Origin: Giardia intestinalis
Taxonomy: Eukaryota
Strand: one strand, 5' to 3'
DNA: 64,000 bases
Assembly (NCBI GenBank): GCA_000002435.2
Contig: CM018791.1
Below the pieces are notes generated by a model. The model saw nothing but the letters and a program-made list of their open reading frames with translations. It searched no databases and was not told the DNA's origin. Shown one piece after another: positions 1 to 10,312 of this stretch. Position numbers and translations under genes: made by a program. Within the stretch, counting starts at the first letter, position 1, and each line of letters starts with the position of its first letter.

Positions 1-633
1 CTGTCTGGGTGCCTTCGTCGGTTCAAAACTGCCACAAATCCACCTGAGAACATTTCAGAGGACACCTTTTCACACGCTGAGAACGCACGATTGGAGATTC
101 TTTTTCGCTATATAGAGCACGCCATGCAGCATCGTAGAGAGGCCAAAAAAGCCGCCGACAAGACCAGCGATAAGGCACCGCCCGACGCACTTTCAGACGC
201 TGTACGAGCGGTCGTCCAATCCCCTATTGCTCTATCTAGAATCATGCCCTTCCCTTCAGCTATCTCCGTGTACCATCCCACAACCATTTCGATACTGGAT
301 CCAGTCCAACCCTCCAACAATCTTGCCAAGGCCACCAGTGCAGCGTCGTTTGCTCGTCTGAAAGCAGCACTTAGAACAGGCTATTTTCAGTTGGGATCTC
401 TTATGATGATGCTCTGCGACAAGACTGCGCCCCTGAGCGTGATCCAGACTGAGTTCGACCTTCTCTTTTCCAACACTCTTGCTCACTTTGACGTGGAGCT
501 AGAGACGGTTCAGAGTCTTTCCACACCCCATAGTTTTGATTTCGCAAGCCCAAATGAGTATCTTCTTAATGTCAGTTCCGGGGCCATCTATCACGAGCTT
601 CTCAATGTCATGACTCTCTACCTCCTTGGTTAA
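1..633 (+). CDS. Hypothetical protein, 5'-truncated. The reading frame is open from base 1, and the track's start at 91 is a TTG codon, not ATG.
   Basis: Frame 1 has no stop from position 1 to 633. The translation is protein-like and not low-complexity. A 150 bp AT-rich spacer separates it from the next gene. Confidence 0.35.
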   Translation: MSGCLRRFKTATNPPENISEDTFSHAENARLEILFRYIEHAMQHRREAKKAADKTSDKAPPDALSDAVRAVVQSPIALSRIMPFPSAISVYHPTTISILDPVQPSNNLAKATSAASFARLKAALRTGYFQLGSLMMMLCDKTAPLSVIQTEFDLLFSNTLAHFDVELETVQSLSTPHSFDFASPNEYLLNVSSGAIYHELLNVMTLYLLG

Positions 634-785
634 GATCACCCCTTGATAGAGACGAATGGAAGCATAACCGTGTGCTGCGTCTCCATTTTATCTTGTATTA
701 TCTATAAATGTAAATTATAGTGCGTTTCAATCCACAGAGCCCTGTCCCCCAAAATTCCGTTAATCTCAAAAAAAGCTGAACATTG

Positions 786-2189
786 ATGCAGAAGCAAAAG
801 AAGTTTCAAGTGGATGTGGAGGACCCATATACGCTCCAATCTGAGCTGCAGTTTCCAGGCTTGGTTGTCCTAGAAATATTTGCCCACTGGTGCGACGTCT
901 GTAAGTCTATCGACCCTATTTTTCGGAATCACTTCGTCGACCTTGCTACGCGGAAGCTGAAGTTTGTCCGGGTGCAGCACGCGTTTGTCCCCTGGCTGCG
1001 TAGGTACCACGGCCGCTGTCGACCAACCTTTTTATTCTTCGTCGGCGGCTCTTTAAAGGAGATTGTTGAGGGCATTGATACTCCTAGACTGGATACACTG
1101 ATCCCTCAGCTTGCGCCTGAAAACGAGGTTCCTTTGGAAAAGTTTGTTCCTGAAGAGCGTTTCCCAGAGCTCAACACCGATGAGGTGTACCTGCAGTACC
1201 TTACCCGTGTCGAGGAGCTGGAGCGTGAACGCACGATCGCTATTGAGGCAGGCACAGACACAGACATAGATCCCCGTGGGGAGTACAACTCTCTAGTTAA
1301 GGAGTTTGAGAGTAAGTTCCAATTGCCGATGTCAGCATACTCTCCTGGGTCATTTAGCGGCGAAAGGCCTCCACCAGTAGTAGCGAAGAAGAGTACAGAG
1401 AGCACGACTTTACAAGCAACCGAATTCGTTATGCAGCAATCTACAGAAGAACAGAAAGAGGTCATTCCTCCTGAAGCAGAGCCCGATACTAGCACTGTTC
1501 AACCAACGCAAGTAGAACTGGACGACAAGCCCGCTGAACAAGCTAAGGACGCTGAGGATGTCGCAGATAGTGCCGACGCTAATGCTGAGGCAGAGGAAGA
1601 GGGACAAAAGCCATTGTCCGATGTCGATGAAGAGCGTCTACGCACACCCGAGTCCAGAAACAGCACAGAAGACGACCAGCACAGATCTGCAGAGAAGAAC
1701 GAAGATGGGTCTGCGCTGGATCATCCAGATGTTGAGGGCCACGGAGATGCTGTGCGTCTAGATCGAGAGCCGCTTAAAGAGGGGCAGGAAGACTCAGAAG
1801 GCGCCTTTCACTATGAAACAGGCGCCAGTACAGAAGATGACCAGGATCATCAGCAAGGCTTGGATAGTCAGCGCTCCTATGAGCATCCCGCAGAGGAGAC
1901 ACCCGTAGACCAACCTGGGACAGAACAGGGGCAACCCGATGCTGAACAACACCAAGAAGAGGGGACATATGAGACAGAGGGAAATACTGGATTGCCAGAG
2001 GTTGATAACCCCCCTGAGGATGCTCCTGAGAACGAGGGCCTAGAAGAAAAGGAGGAACCAGCACGAAATATAGAGTCTGCTGGGACGAACGGGACAACCG
2101 ATGTGCTCGATTTTGCCTACACGCCCGAGAATGTGGACGGAGACATAGTGGACCTGCTGGAAACAGAGGAGGCCAACCAGGGGCAATGA
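786..2189 (+). CDS. Thioredoxin-fold domain protein with a long acidic, low-complexity C-terminal tail.
   Basis: N-terminal domain contains an AHWCDVCK motif (thioredoxin-like WCxxCK). The C-terminal 300 aa are E/D/Q/T-rich. The first true ATG is at 786 (783 is TTG), preceded by an A-rich stretch (tctcaaaaaaagctgaacattg). Confidence 0.6.
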   Translation: MQKQKKFQVDVEDPYTLQSELQFPGLVVLEIFAHWCDVCKSIDPIFRNHFVDLATRKLKFVRVQHAFVPWLRRYHGRCRPTFLFFVGGSLKEIVEGIDTPRLDTLIPQLAPENEVPLEKFVPEERFPELNTDEVYLQYLTRVEELERERTIAIEAGTDTDIDPRGEYNSLVKEFESKFQLPMSAYSPGSFSGERPPPVVAKKSTESTTLQATEFVMQQSTEEQKEVIPPEAEPDTSTVQPTQVELDDKPAEQAKDAEDVADSADANAEAEEEGQKPLSDVDEERLRTPESRNSTEDDQHRSAEKNEDGSALDHPDVEGHGDAVRLDREPLKEGQEDSEGAFHYETGASTEDDQDHQQGLDSQRSYEHPAEETPVDQPGTEQGQPDAEQHQEEGTYETEGNTGLPEVDNPPEDAPENEGLEEKEEPARNIESAGTNGTTDVLDFAYTPENVDGDIVDLLETEEANQGQ

Positions 2190-2211
2190 ACTCTGTGTAA
2201 AGGAGCATTTA

Positions 2212-2499
2212 CTAAGAACCCACAAACCTTGGATAGTGGGGAGACAATTTTGGAGACAACGATCGCGTGCTTTCCTTCCGCAACCCTGCCTCTTCTAGGT
2301 TGCTGACTATTGCCTCCAGACGATCCAGTTTTTGTGTGACCATCAAGAGGTCTTCTGTAAATCGATTCAGGCTTTTGCTTTGCATATCAATTACAGAGGA
2401 AACGGAGTCAGCAATGAGGCGTAAGTGGGCGACAGTCTCTTTGGCAAAGACCTCCTGTTGTCGTGTCATCTTGGTCAGTTGATCCTGCAGACCAGCCAT
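2212..2499 (-). CDS. Possible small coiled-coil protein (95 aa from the first ATG). The ORF continues upstream to 3072 and overlaps the flippase 3' end in another frame.
   Basis: The open frame 2212..3072 has a non-repetitive, helical-looking translation (LQDQLTKMTRQQEVFAKETVAHLRLIADSV...). Without it, a 700 bp gap would sit between two convergent genes in an otherwise compact region. The only in-frame ATG downstream of the ATPase stop is at 2499. Confidence 0.3.
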   Translation of the reverse strand: MAGLQDQLTKMTRQQEVFAKETVAHLRLIADSVSSVIDMQSKSLNRFTEDLLMVTQKLDRLEAIVSNLEEAGLRKESTRSLSPKLSPHYPRFVGS

Positions 2500-2888
2500 C
2501 CCTGCGCTAAGTCTTTGAATAAGCTGTGCAGACACCACCGAGGAGGAGCTTAGAGACCCGCTCGGGACAGGGTCGTGACCATAATGCTCATCTCGCTTCA
2601 AATAACTTGCAGTCTTACGATTGTATGAGCTACGATTGCGTGATATCGGGTCAGCGCAGGGCGTAGCTGTGTAGCTTTGGAGCACAGAGAAGGGGTCGTC
2701 TTTTTGAAGTGAGTTCACAGACAGGTGAGCGTCAACGGGTCTAGCGAAACGCTGAGAGCTACACGGTACGCTCGCAGTACGCCTTGTCCCTGCGACGGTG
2801 ACTCCGCCTGTCAGACGAGTAGGGCGAATACTCGAGGGCCTTGTATCGAGCGATATCTTGTTCACTTTATCAAAGAGACGATTCTCTC

Positions 2889-5800
2889 CTAAGAATTTAT
2901 TCTGACGCAACGACGACACATCCTGAGCGTGAGGATGTTGAAAACACTCTCCGGCATATTGAAGAAGTGTCTCCCAGTGGAGCTTAGAATGTAAATGCCT
3001 CGAAGACGGACATAGCTCGATGAAGAGGGTCGCCTGTGGGATTTGCTCGTCACTACCATACCAGAGGGCCACCCCGAGCCAGATTCGGATTCCGTTTTTA
3101 TCCCAGAGCCTGCTCTATACATGGGCTTACTTCGATCTCGTAAGACGCTGCGAGATAGGCCAGGATGGTCTTGGTTGAAAGAAGGCTTGCCTATGACAGC
3201 CACATTCTGTTGCGACTCACGCGTGCAACACCGTGGAACTTTGCATGTAGCACAATAAACTGGCTTTCTCATTGATCTGAGAATACGGACCACGTTTGGT
3301 TTAGAGAACCGGCGAACGATGCGTTCACCGACAAAAAGCAGTACAGTCGATATTGCGTTTGTTACGCATAAGCGCCAAAACATATCTAGAGAAAACACTT
3401 CGCTACGAGTCAAGGAGCCCGGATAAATGGCAACAACCAAGAATAGCATCAAGTAGCTGAGAAGCAAGGCAACGAGGAGCATAAGGGAAAAGCGATGGGT
3501 AGTCACAAGGATCAGGCAGAGCTCGCTCCACAGCAGTATGGCGAAGCTGAAAAACGTAAATCTGCTGACAGAAATGGGAAACGACGAGAAGATGTATGCA
3601 AGAAGAAACACTACCACTGCTATAATAAAGCCACTAAATGTCCAGAGAAAAAATGTCTTAAGGTTCAGAATAGATCCACGCGACGTAATCCGATAGATTT
3701 CTGGGTATTTTAGTACTAGTTGGTAGTCCACATCTTCGTTAATATAATAGTTGAACGGTGGAAACATTGTGAATAGCGTCACGTATCCCAAGAGGAGTAC
3801 CCCGGTGTGAAGAACGAGAGACGTGAAAAAGTAAAGGCAGGTGAAACAAATCTGGAGCAAGCATAGCGCAACCCCGCGCTGGACGATAAACTGGCATATC
3901 TGTGCACTACCCACGTAGCTACACTTGCCATACCATAACAGAAGCTTCTTCAGTCCTCGGAATTCTGTCATCACATAGTCTGCTGCGTTGGCCGCCTGGT
4001 TGCCCTCCTTGCCCCGCAGTCCTATGCCGACAGAGCAAGTTTCGATCAGGGGAACATCATTTGCCCCATCGCCTATCCCTAGGGATTTGCTGCCTGTGTA
4101 TACCGAAATGAGGCCTGCAACAAGGGCCTTCTGCGTTGGTGTGCAGCGGCAGCAGAGGACCGTTTCTGCCTTGCTAGCAATATTTGCAAAAAGCTCGCGC
4201 GTCTCTGCATCTGGTCCAAGACTCCCCTTACCGCGTCTGGGGTGTCCTGTAAGGTAGATAAGTAACCAGCGGGTGAATCTCCTCCAGATCCTTACACACG
4301 AGTGCAAAGGAAGAAGGTTCCCAGTGATGGGATGGATTGCATGTGTGTAGAAGTAGTCCACGGGGTAGTTACCGAGGAGTTTCTCCAGCGCTGATCCGTC
4401 TATGACGATGGTAACCTCATGTGTGAAGCTAACCATTTGAGAGAGCTCTTTCAGAACGGAGACTATTTCAACAGGGGTGAGCTCCTCCGTCAAGAAGTAG
4501 ATATGCTCACTCAAGCGCCCATAGCACGTGCTTGCTAAAACAAGAGACCCTGGGCGTTTCTTTCTATTGAGCCGCTTTTCTCTTCTGGAGGTGACACTCA
4601 TAAAGGAATTGGGATCATCTCGAATGGCTCTGCGGAGGATTGCCATGGGTGTCTTATCCTCTTGGCCCACTTCTATCTCAGATCTTGTAGGAATAGATAC
4701 AGCATCTAGAGATGGAGTAGTTGGATACTTACATGCCTCAGGATGCAGCGACTGAGTAGTCAAAGGCGCGGTATTCTCGGATGCACGAAGCTTGCTGGTA
4801 TGCTTCTTGACTGCTGTATTTGGGAGCAACCCGCACGACTGGGCTATGCTCAAGCATGTCACAACCTTGTCTCCGGTCAACATCCAGAACTTAATTCCTG
4901 CTCTTTTCAGATCCTGGATCGTTGCCTTCACATTGAGCTGGAGCTGATCTTCGATTCCTGTTACACACAAGACCTCCACCCCTGTCAGCAGAGTCTCTTC
5001 GCATTTCACGAGTATGGAATCTCGGTTTGCCAGATCTGCAGACGCAGCAGTAATGGATGAATGAAAATTACTAAGGTCGTCATCATCGAGCATGCGGTAC
5101 GCATACACGAGGGTCCTCCGCCCCAGCCCTGCCAAAGCATCGACGGTGTTTCGAAGCCATGGACAGTACTTGGCAAACACCTCAATAGTTGTGTCTGCTC
5201 CCTTAACGAAAATAAACGTGGTTCCGGTAGCAATGTGGTGAGTGACGACAGACATGCGCTTGGTCTCTGATGTAAATGGAAAGGTATGAAGAAGCTCAAA
5301 CTCTTGAGATCCTGTACTAGCAGTGTAGCGTACAAGATTATGTGACTTTTCTTCCAGTATATAGCCCCGCGCATGCATGCTTCTTATTATTGCAACCTCG
5401 TCGGGAGATGAGCCAATATATCGATTAAGGATCAGATTTTCGTCAATCTCGCGGCGCGTAAAGAGCAATTCTGTTGGTGAATCGGAAAGTGAGAGCGTCT
5501 GCACAGGCTGAGATCGATCTTCGAGCCCGATGGCCTCAGAGATGCTCGCGTCGAGAAAGCTAGTTGGCTCCTGAGACGTTCTCTGTTCAGATGATTGACT
5601 AGTGCTTGCTGAGCAAGTTCTTGGCTGCCTCCTCCTTCTTGGCCTAAGGGCGGTATCTTGCTCTGGTGAATCCTGATCCTCGCGGAACAACTCGACGTTG
5701 TGACATGTCATGATTGCAAAGAGGACGATGCGCTGCAATTCGCTAGCGTAATTATCAAATACGTGGACAGACAAGCTGGGCTTTTTTTCTCCAACAACCT

Positions 5801-6914
5801 CATGGAGCCACATCTCGTTCCGTGTCAGAGTCCCTGTTTTGTCGCTGAAGACATGGCTAATGCGGCCCAGCTCTTCAGCTAGATCGGTTGATCTGACCTC
5901 AATCCCACTTATGGTGTCGTCCCGCTTAATACTTCCGGCCATGACGAGCTTGCCGAAGTCATAGGAAACCTGCATGGCCAATGGAATAATCGAGCTGAGG
6001 ATTATGATCCAGCGAACGAAGACGATAATACTTCTGGTTGTGGTGGCAAATGTAACCAGCGCTGACAGGAGCAGACAGAAAATGAACATGCCCTTGACAA
6101 ACATGTTCAGCTCAACATCGAGAGACCCTTGTTTAACCCGTCGCCGTCCAAGGTTCTGCATAATGCGTGTGCTCTTCCCTGTGTAGACAACCAATCCCGT
6201 TGCGTATCCGCGCGCAAGACTGCAATTCATCCAGATTGCATTAGAAACTGTAATGGGTCCAATTACAGCGTCAGTTTGTGCGTTTTGAAGAACCCCGGAA
6301 AAGTGATAGAGATTATCCGATGGCTTGGCATAGGTAACGTGGATGGAATCAAGGACTGCAGAGAGCAGGTCCGGTGCTGCCAGTGTTTCTGGGCTATCGA
6401 CAGTACCAAGCAAAGGCATCTTGACCTTTAGATCTGTTTCCCCATCCAGATTGACTGTCTTGACATACAAATGATCCACGGCTTGGAGGATAACGATGTC
6501 CGCGGGAACCCTCTGATTTGGCTCTAGAAGCACGATGCTTCCAACCTTAATGTCTTCGGACTTGGTAGGAACGAGTCCATAGGGGCCAATGATATTGTAC
6601 TTGCCACTATTGACTAACTTGTCACGTCTTGCTCGATTCAGCTCATCATACAATTCGCGCCCAACACTGACTAGGACAATGAAACATAGAGGAAGGTAGT
6701 ATGTAAAGGCGAGGCCAACTTGAAGAGGGCGATAGAGCTGGAGAAAGGCTAGAACCAAGAAAAACTGGTTGAAGAAAAGCCGGAACTGTTTGAGGACAGC
6801 AACAAAGGGAAAAACAATCCAATTGTACTTCCGGGTCTTAATCTTGTTGGTGGGCATGGGTGCTTCCGTGGTGTCTGCGCAGACACCACGGAACCTGATG
6901 GATAGATGTTCCAT
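2889..6914 (-). CDS. P4-type phospholipid-transporting ATPase (flippase).
   Basis: Contains a P-type phosphorylation motif (DKTGTLT in SDKTGTLTRNEM), the P4-specific NLDGETDLK motif, a TGDK motif (TGDKVVTCLSIAQSCG) and the GDGANDV hinge. Ten predicted TM segments and the N-terminal KTRKYNWIVFPFVAVLKQF motif are typical of flippases. The track's start at 6968 is a TTG codon; the first ATG (MEHLS) is at 6914. Confidence 0.85.
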   Translation of the reverse strand: MEHLSIRFRGVCADTTEAPMPTNKIKTRKYNWIVFPFVAVLKQFRLFFNQFFLVLAFLQLYRPLQVGLAFTYYLPLCFIVLVSVGRELYDELNRARRDKLVNSGKYNIIGPYGLVPTKSEDIKVGSIVLLEPNQRVPADIVILQAVDHLYVKTVNLDGETDLKVKMPLLGTVDSPETLAAPDLLSAVLDSIHVTYAKPSDNLYHFSGVLQNAQTDAVIGPITVSNAIWMNCSLARGYATGLVVYTGKSTRIMQNLGRRRVKQGSLDVELNMFVKGMFIFCLLLSALVTFATTTRSIIVFVRWIIILSSIIPLAMQVSYDFGKLVMAGSIKRDDTISGIEVRSTDLAEELGRISHVFSDKTGTLTRNEMWLHEVVGEKKPSLSVHVFDNYASELQRIVLFAIMTCHNVELFREDQDSPEQDTALRPRRRRQPRTCSASTSQSSEQRTSQEPTSFLDASISEAIGLEDRSQPVQTLSLSDSPTELLFTRREIDENLILNRYIGSSPDEVAIIRSMHARGYILEEKSHNLVRYTASTGSQEFELLHTFPFTSETKRMSVVTHHIATGTTFIFVKGADTTIEVFAKYCPWLRNTVDALAGLGRRTLVYAYRMLDDDDLSNFHSSITAASADLANRDSILVKCEETLLTGVEVLCVTGIEDQLQLNVKATIQDLKRAGIKFWMLTGDKVVTCLSIAQSCGLLPNTAVKKHTSKLRASENTAPLTTQSLHPEACKYPTTPSLDAVSIPTRSEIEVGQEDKTPMAILRRAIRDDPNSFMSVTSRREKRLNRKKRPGSLVLASTCYGRLSEHIYFLTEELTPVEIVSVLKELSQMVSFTHEVTIVIDGSALEKLLGNYPVDYFYTHAIHPITGNLLPLHSCVRIWRRFTRWLLIYLTGHPRRGKGSLGPDAETRELFANIASKAETVLCCRCTPTQKALVAGLISVYTGSKSLGIGDGANDVPLIETCSVGIGLRGKEGNQAANAADYVMTEFRGLKKLLLWYGKCSYVGSAQICQFIVQRGVALCLLQICFTCLYFFTSLVLHTGVLLLGYVTLFTMFPPFNYYINEDVDYQLVLKYPEIYRITSRGSILNLKTFFLWTFSGFIIAVVVFLLAYIFSSFPISVSRFTFFSFAILLWSELCLILVTTHRFSLMLLVALLLSYLMLFLVVAIYPGSLTRSEVFSLDMFWRLCVTNAISTVLLFVGERIVRRFSKPNVVRILRSMRKPVYCATCKVPRCCTRESQQNVAVIGKPSFNQDHPGLSRSVLRDRSKPMYRAGSGIKTESESGSGWPSGMVVTSKSHRRPSSSSYVRLRGIYILSSTGRHFFNMPESVFNILTLRMCRRCVRINS

Positions 6915-6968
6915 TCCACACCTTTGTCCAATTTTACTGACGAACTTATTAAAAAACAGGGTTGTCAA

Positions 6969-9380
6969 ATGTCTGGAGAGGGGTTCAGCTATAAAGCCGG
7001 TAAGTACCCTAGCACCTCTTTGCTCGAGACCAACTGTGCATACTTATGTCCTAGTGACTATGCTGCAGTTCTTGGCAACGAGAAGTCTGATAACGTCTAC
7101 CTCGAGAGGAACGGCCACGTCGTCCTACTGAGACCGGGAAGGGGCAGCGGGTCAGTTGCAGCCCACCACGACCCCATGCCCGAGGTTCCTCAGGGCGTGA
7201 TCCTCCTGTCAACGTTTCATAGAACAAAGTGGGCAGCGCCTTTGGACAATACTCCCATCACTGTGTCACGGTCCAAGTTTGACGCCACTGCCAGAGCCAC
7301 CACTGTGGTATTCATGATCAAGCCAATGGCTAAGCAACAAAAGCCAGTGACCATAGACACGGCAAAGCTCAAGGTCCGTATTACAGAGAAATTTGTCCAC
7401 CTCCCTCTTGCTATCGGTCAGGACCTTGCCATTAGTGACGGTTCTGACTTCTTCATCTTGGGGGTTGTTGGCATGTCTGGCAAGAACAAGGAGATAGTGA
7501 GCGACGAGACCACACTTGCTTTCTATAGGGATACTGAAGCAATCTTCCAGACTCAAACAAAGGAAATAAAGCTCACCGGGGAGTACGCAGTCGCAGAAGT
7601 CTCTGCGGTGGCTAAGGCGCTGATGAATCTCATCAACGACACGCCTGAGAAGAACGAGCAGGGGGGCATAACTAACGCAGAAAGCTTAGGAATAGGGGGC
7701 CTCAATAAGCAGTTTAAGGACATATTTAGGCGCGCATTCATGTCACGAATATTTCCACCGGACAAGTTGGCAGAGCTTGGCCAGACACACGTTAAGGGTC
7801 TCCTTTTGTACGGACCACCTGGCACGGGAAAAACGTTGACAGCCAGGAAGATTGGCGAGTTGCTGAACGCGCGGCCTCCAAAGATGGTTTCCGGTCCAGA
7901 GCTTCTGGATAAGTACGTTGGCGGGTCGGAGCAGAAGGTGCGCGATCTGTTCAGTGACGCGTTTGAGGAGTGGAAAGAGCGCGAGAATGCATCTGAGCTT
8001 CACATAATCATTATCGACGAGCTTGATGCGGTATGCAAACAACGAGGCAGCAAGTCGGACAACACTGGAACAATGGACAGCCTGGTTAATCAGCTACTTG
8101 CGATGATGGACGGGCCCGACGCGCTTGGTAACGTGCTTGTGGTTGGTATGACCAACAGGAAAGAGCTTCTGGACGAGGCTCTGATGCGTCCCGGCCGCTT
8201 TGAAGTGCACCTGGAGATTGGTCTTCCCGACTGCAGAGGAAGAGAGCAGATTCTGAGGATCCACACTAAAAACCTGGTTGCTGCCAAGTCTCTTGCAAGC
8301 GATGTCGATATCGCACATCTCGCTGAGCGCACTCCTAATTTCTCTGGCGCTGAACTAGCAGGTCTTGTTAGGTCTGCTACATCCTTTGCCATGGAGCGTG
8401 CTATTGAGAAAACAAAGTCGGTGGGTCCTAACAAGTTACCCAATTTGAACAAGGTTGACGTCCTGGTGGTGGCAGAGGACTTTGAAAGGGCCCTGGGGGA
8501 GGTTACAGCAGGATACGGCCAGGCAGACCGCACGCTACTAGATGCTGCAGCGCCTTTAAGTATCCTCAAGGCTACCGGCTACGAGTCTGTCGTCCAGCAG
8601 GCTGTGTCTTTTGGAGAGGCAGTCCTAAACAGCAGTATTACTACCGGCGCTATGCTGCTTGCAGCGCCTGCAGCTGGAACTGGTTGCACAGCTCTATGCT
8701 CTGTCATTGCGAAGAGGCTTGGATGTGAGTTTGTTCGAATTATCTCTGCAGAGCAGCTTGTTATGAGGACCTCGACAGAGTATGGGCGTGCAGACCTTAT
8801 ATGTCAAATCTTTGAGGCAGCCTACAGGGTCCCGCGCGCTCTAATAATTCTGGATGGCATAGAGTCCATCATACAGTATACGCCCATTGGCTTCCGATTC
8901 TCCAGTAATGTCCTCCAGACCCTCAACGCTCTCATTTGTAGACCAGCTCCGCCTGATCATAAACTTATTGTTCTCGGCACCACTACGTGCTTGACAGCAA
9001 TGAGCGACGTTGGGCTTGCAAGTGTCTTCGGTCAGGTTTGCAACATTCCATCCCTCACCCCCGACCAAGCCCTCTGCGCGCTCTGCGAATATGCCGCTGT
9101 TGCCCCCAATCTAGAGGAAAAACGCAACGCTACCCACCAAGTTAGCGTGAAATACTATCTCCAACCAAATCCCGTCAAGTATGAGGCGTATGCTGAATAC
9201 AAGCTCTTTTTGGAGAGGCAAAAGCAGGGTATTCCCATCACGATCCGCAATGTGCTACTTGCTTATGAAATGGCAAAGGTCACTGTCCGAAAGGATGCGC
9301 TCTCTCGTAACCCCAATGCGCAACAGGCCGTGATCACCGACTCCGTAATGGCCAGGACATTGAATGCAACGCTATCCTGA
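6969..9380 (+). CDS. NSF: N-ethylmaleimide-sensitive factor (NSF), an AAA+ ATPase.
   Basis: D1 Walker A region GLLLYGPPGTGKTL. NSF-specific stretches: IIIIDELDAVCKQRGS, VNQLLAMMDG, VLVVGMTNRKELLDEALMRPGRFEVHLEIGLPD. A second, degenerate D2 AAA domain is present. The N domain begins with ETNCAYL, as other NSFs begin with LTNCAVV. I place the start at ATG 6969 (MSGEGF), which has an A/T-rich initiator (ttattaaaaaac) 15-25 nt upstream. ATG 6906 would overlap the divergent flippase start. Confidence 0.85.
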   Translation: MSGEGFSYKAGKYPSTSLLETNCAYLCPSDYAAVLGNEKSDNVYLERNGHVVLLRPGRGSGSVAAHHDPMPEVPQGVILLSTFHRTKWAAPLDNTPITVSRSKFDATARATTVVFMIKPMAKQQKPVTIDTAKLKVRITEKFVHLPLAIGQDLAISDGSDFFILGVVGMSGKNKEIVSDETTLAFYRDTEAIFQTQTKEIKLTGEYAVAEVSAVAKALMNLINDTPEKNEQGGITNAESLGIGGLNKQFKDIFRRAFMSRIFPPDKLAELGQTHVKGLLLYGPPGTGKTLTARKIGELLNARPPKMVSGPELLDKYVGGSEQKVRDLFSDAFEEWKERENASELHIIIIDELDAVCKQRGSKSDNTGTMDSLVNQLLAMMDGPDALGNVLVVGMTNRKELLDEALMRPGRFEVHLEIGLPDCRGREQILRIHTKNLVAAKSLASDVDIAHLAERTPNFSGAELAGLVRSATSFAMERAIEKTKSVGPNKLPNLNKVDVLVVAEDFERALGEVTAGYGQADRTLLDAAAPLSILKATGYESVVQQAVSFGEAVLNSSITTGAMLLAAPAAGTGCTALCSVIAKRLGCEFVRIISAEQLVMRTSTEYGRADLICQIFEAAYRVPRALIILDGIESIIQYTPIGFRFSSNVLQTLNALICRPAPPDHKLIVLGTTTCLTAMSDVGLASVFGQVCNIPSLTPDQALCALCEYAAVAPNLEEKRNATHQVSVKYYLQPNPVKYEAYAEYKLFLERQKQGIPITIRNVLLAYEMAKVTVRKDALSRNPNAQQAVITDSVMARTLNATLS

Positions 9381-10312
9381 AGGGCTAGCGCTGTTTTAAT
9401 AGTTGAACACAAACCCTGAGCATCCATATTGCTGTTAGACTCTGTAAATTTTGAAGCTAAGCAGCCACAAGAGTCTGCTGAACTGGTAACTGCCAACGAT
9501 GGGGTTGGATAGGCTCGGCACTGCCTGGCTACAACTATTCATGTGTGGCATTGTGGTGCAGGGAATCTCTTTATGAATTCAAGAATATAAATCCACGGAT
9601 TGAAGCAATAAGGCACGCCCTGCTTGAGTCACAATTAGGCCAGTTGTCAAGCAAGAACATAGTACAATCTGATCTGGTGCACAAATTGGCATTGTCAACC
9701 TTTAAGCCCAGCAATTAACTTGCAGCCCAAAAGTATGTCTAGCGTATGAAAAAGCACGCTATAGTCTAGTATGCAATTGGTCCAAGACTACTGATGCTGT
9801 AATAAGCTGCTGCTTTATGCAAAAGTAAAAAGTAATGGCATAAAAACTAATGTGGACGGAAAACTACAAGCCAATCACGGCTGGCACAACATATCAGCCG
9901 CACATTTTGCTCCCAAGCAGCGCCTCTCCGGCCGGAGAGGACCTGTTTGTGCACGAAGATTACTTATGGTGCCTAGAAGACCACATCTGCTTCGACAGCG
10001 TCATAGAGACAGCCTTGACCCCGGGACAGGAGCTACGAGGCACAGCCCCCACTGAGAAAGAAAGCCAACGCAATCTAGACCTTCTCCTGGCAGTAATTTG
10101 ATTCTATGCACACCGTAAGATATGGGCGGTGGAGCAGCGAAGCAACGGAGCGACGCTTTCTGATCGTAACCTGTGTTCACCTTTTCGACCTATGCACAGA
10201 TAATTACGACTTTCGCGCTCATAACGCCCGCTTTAAAATCCTTTTGTGAACCCTTTTCATTAAATCAAAGTGAAACAGTCAAAAATTCACTCTAGGCTCG
10301 ATTCTAGACCTG

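Noticed and set aside
6906-6968. An N-terminal 21-aa extension of NSF from ATG 6906.
   Set aside because: It would overlap the divergent flippase start codon. The NSF N-domain alignment (ETNCAYL against LTNCAVV) is satisfied from ATG 6969, which has the better initiator context.
10100-10180. A tRNA-like G-rich stretch (gggcggtggagcagcgaagcaacggagcg) in the 930 bp spacer.
   Set aside because: It has no TAGC/GTTC boxes and no cloverleaf-compatible complementarity on inspection.
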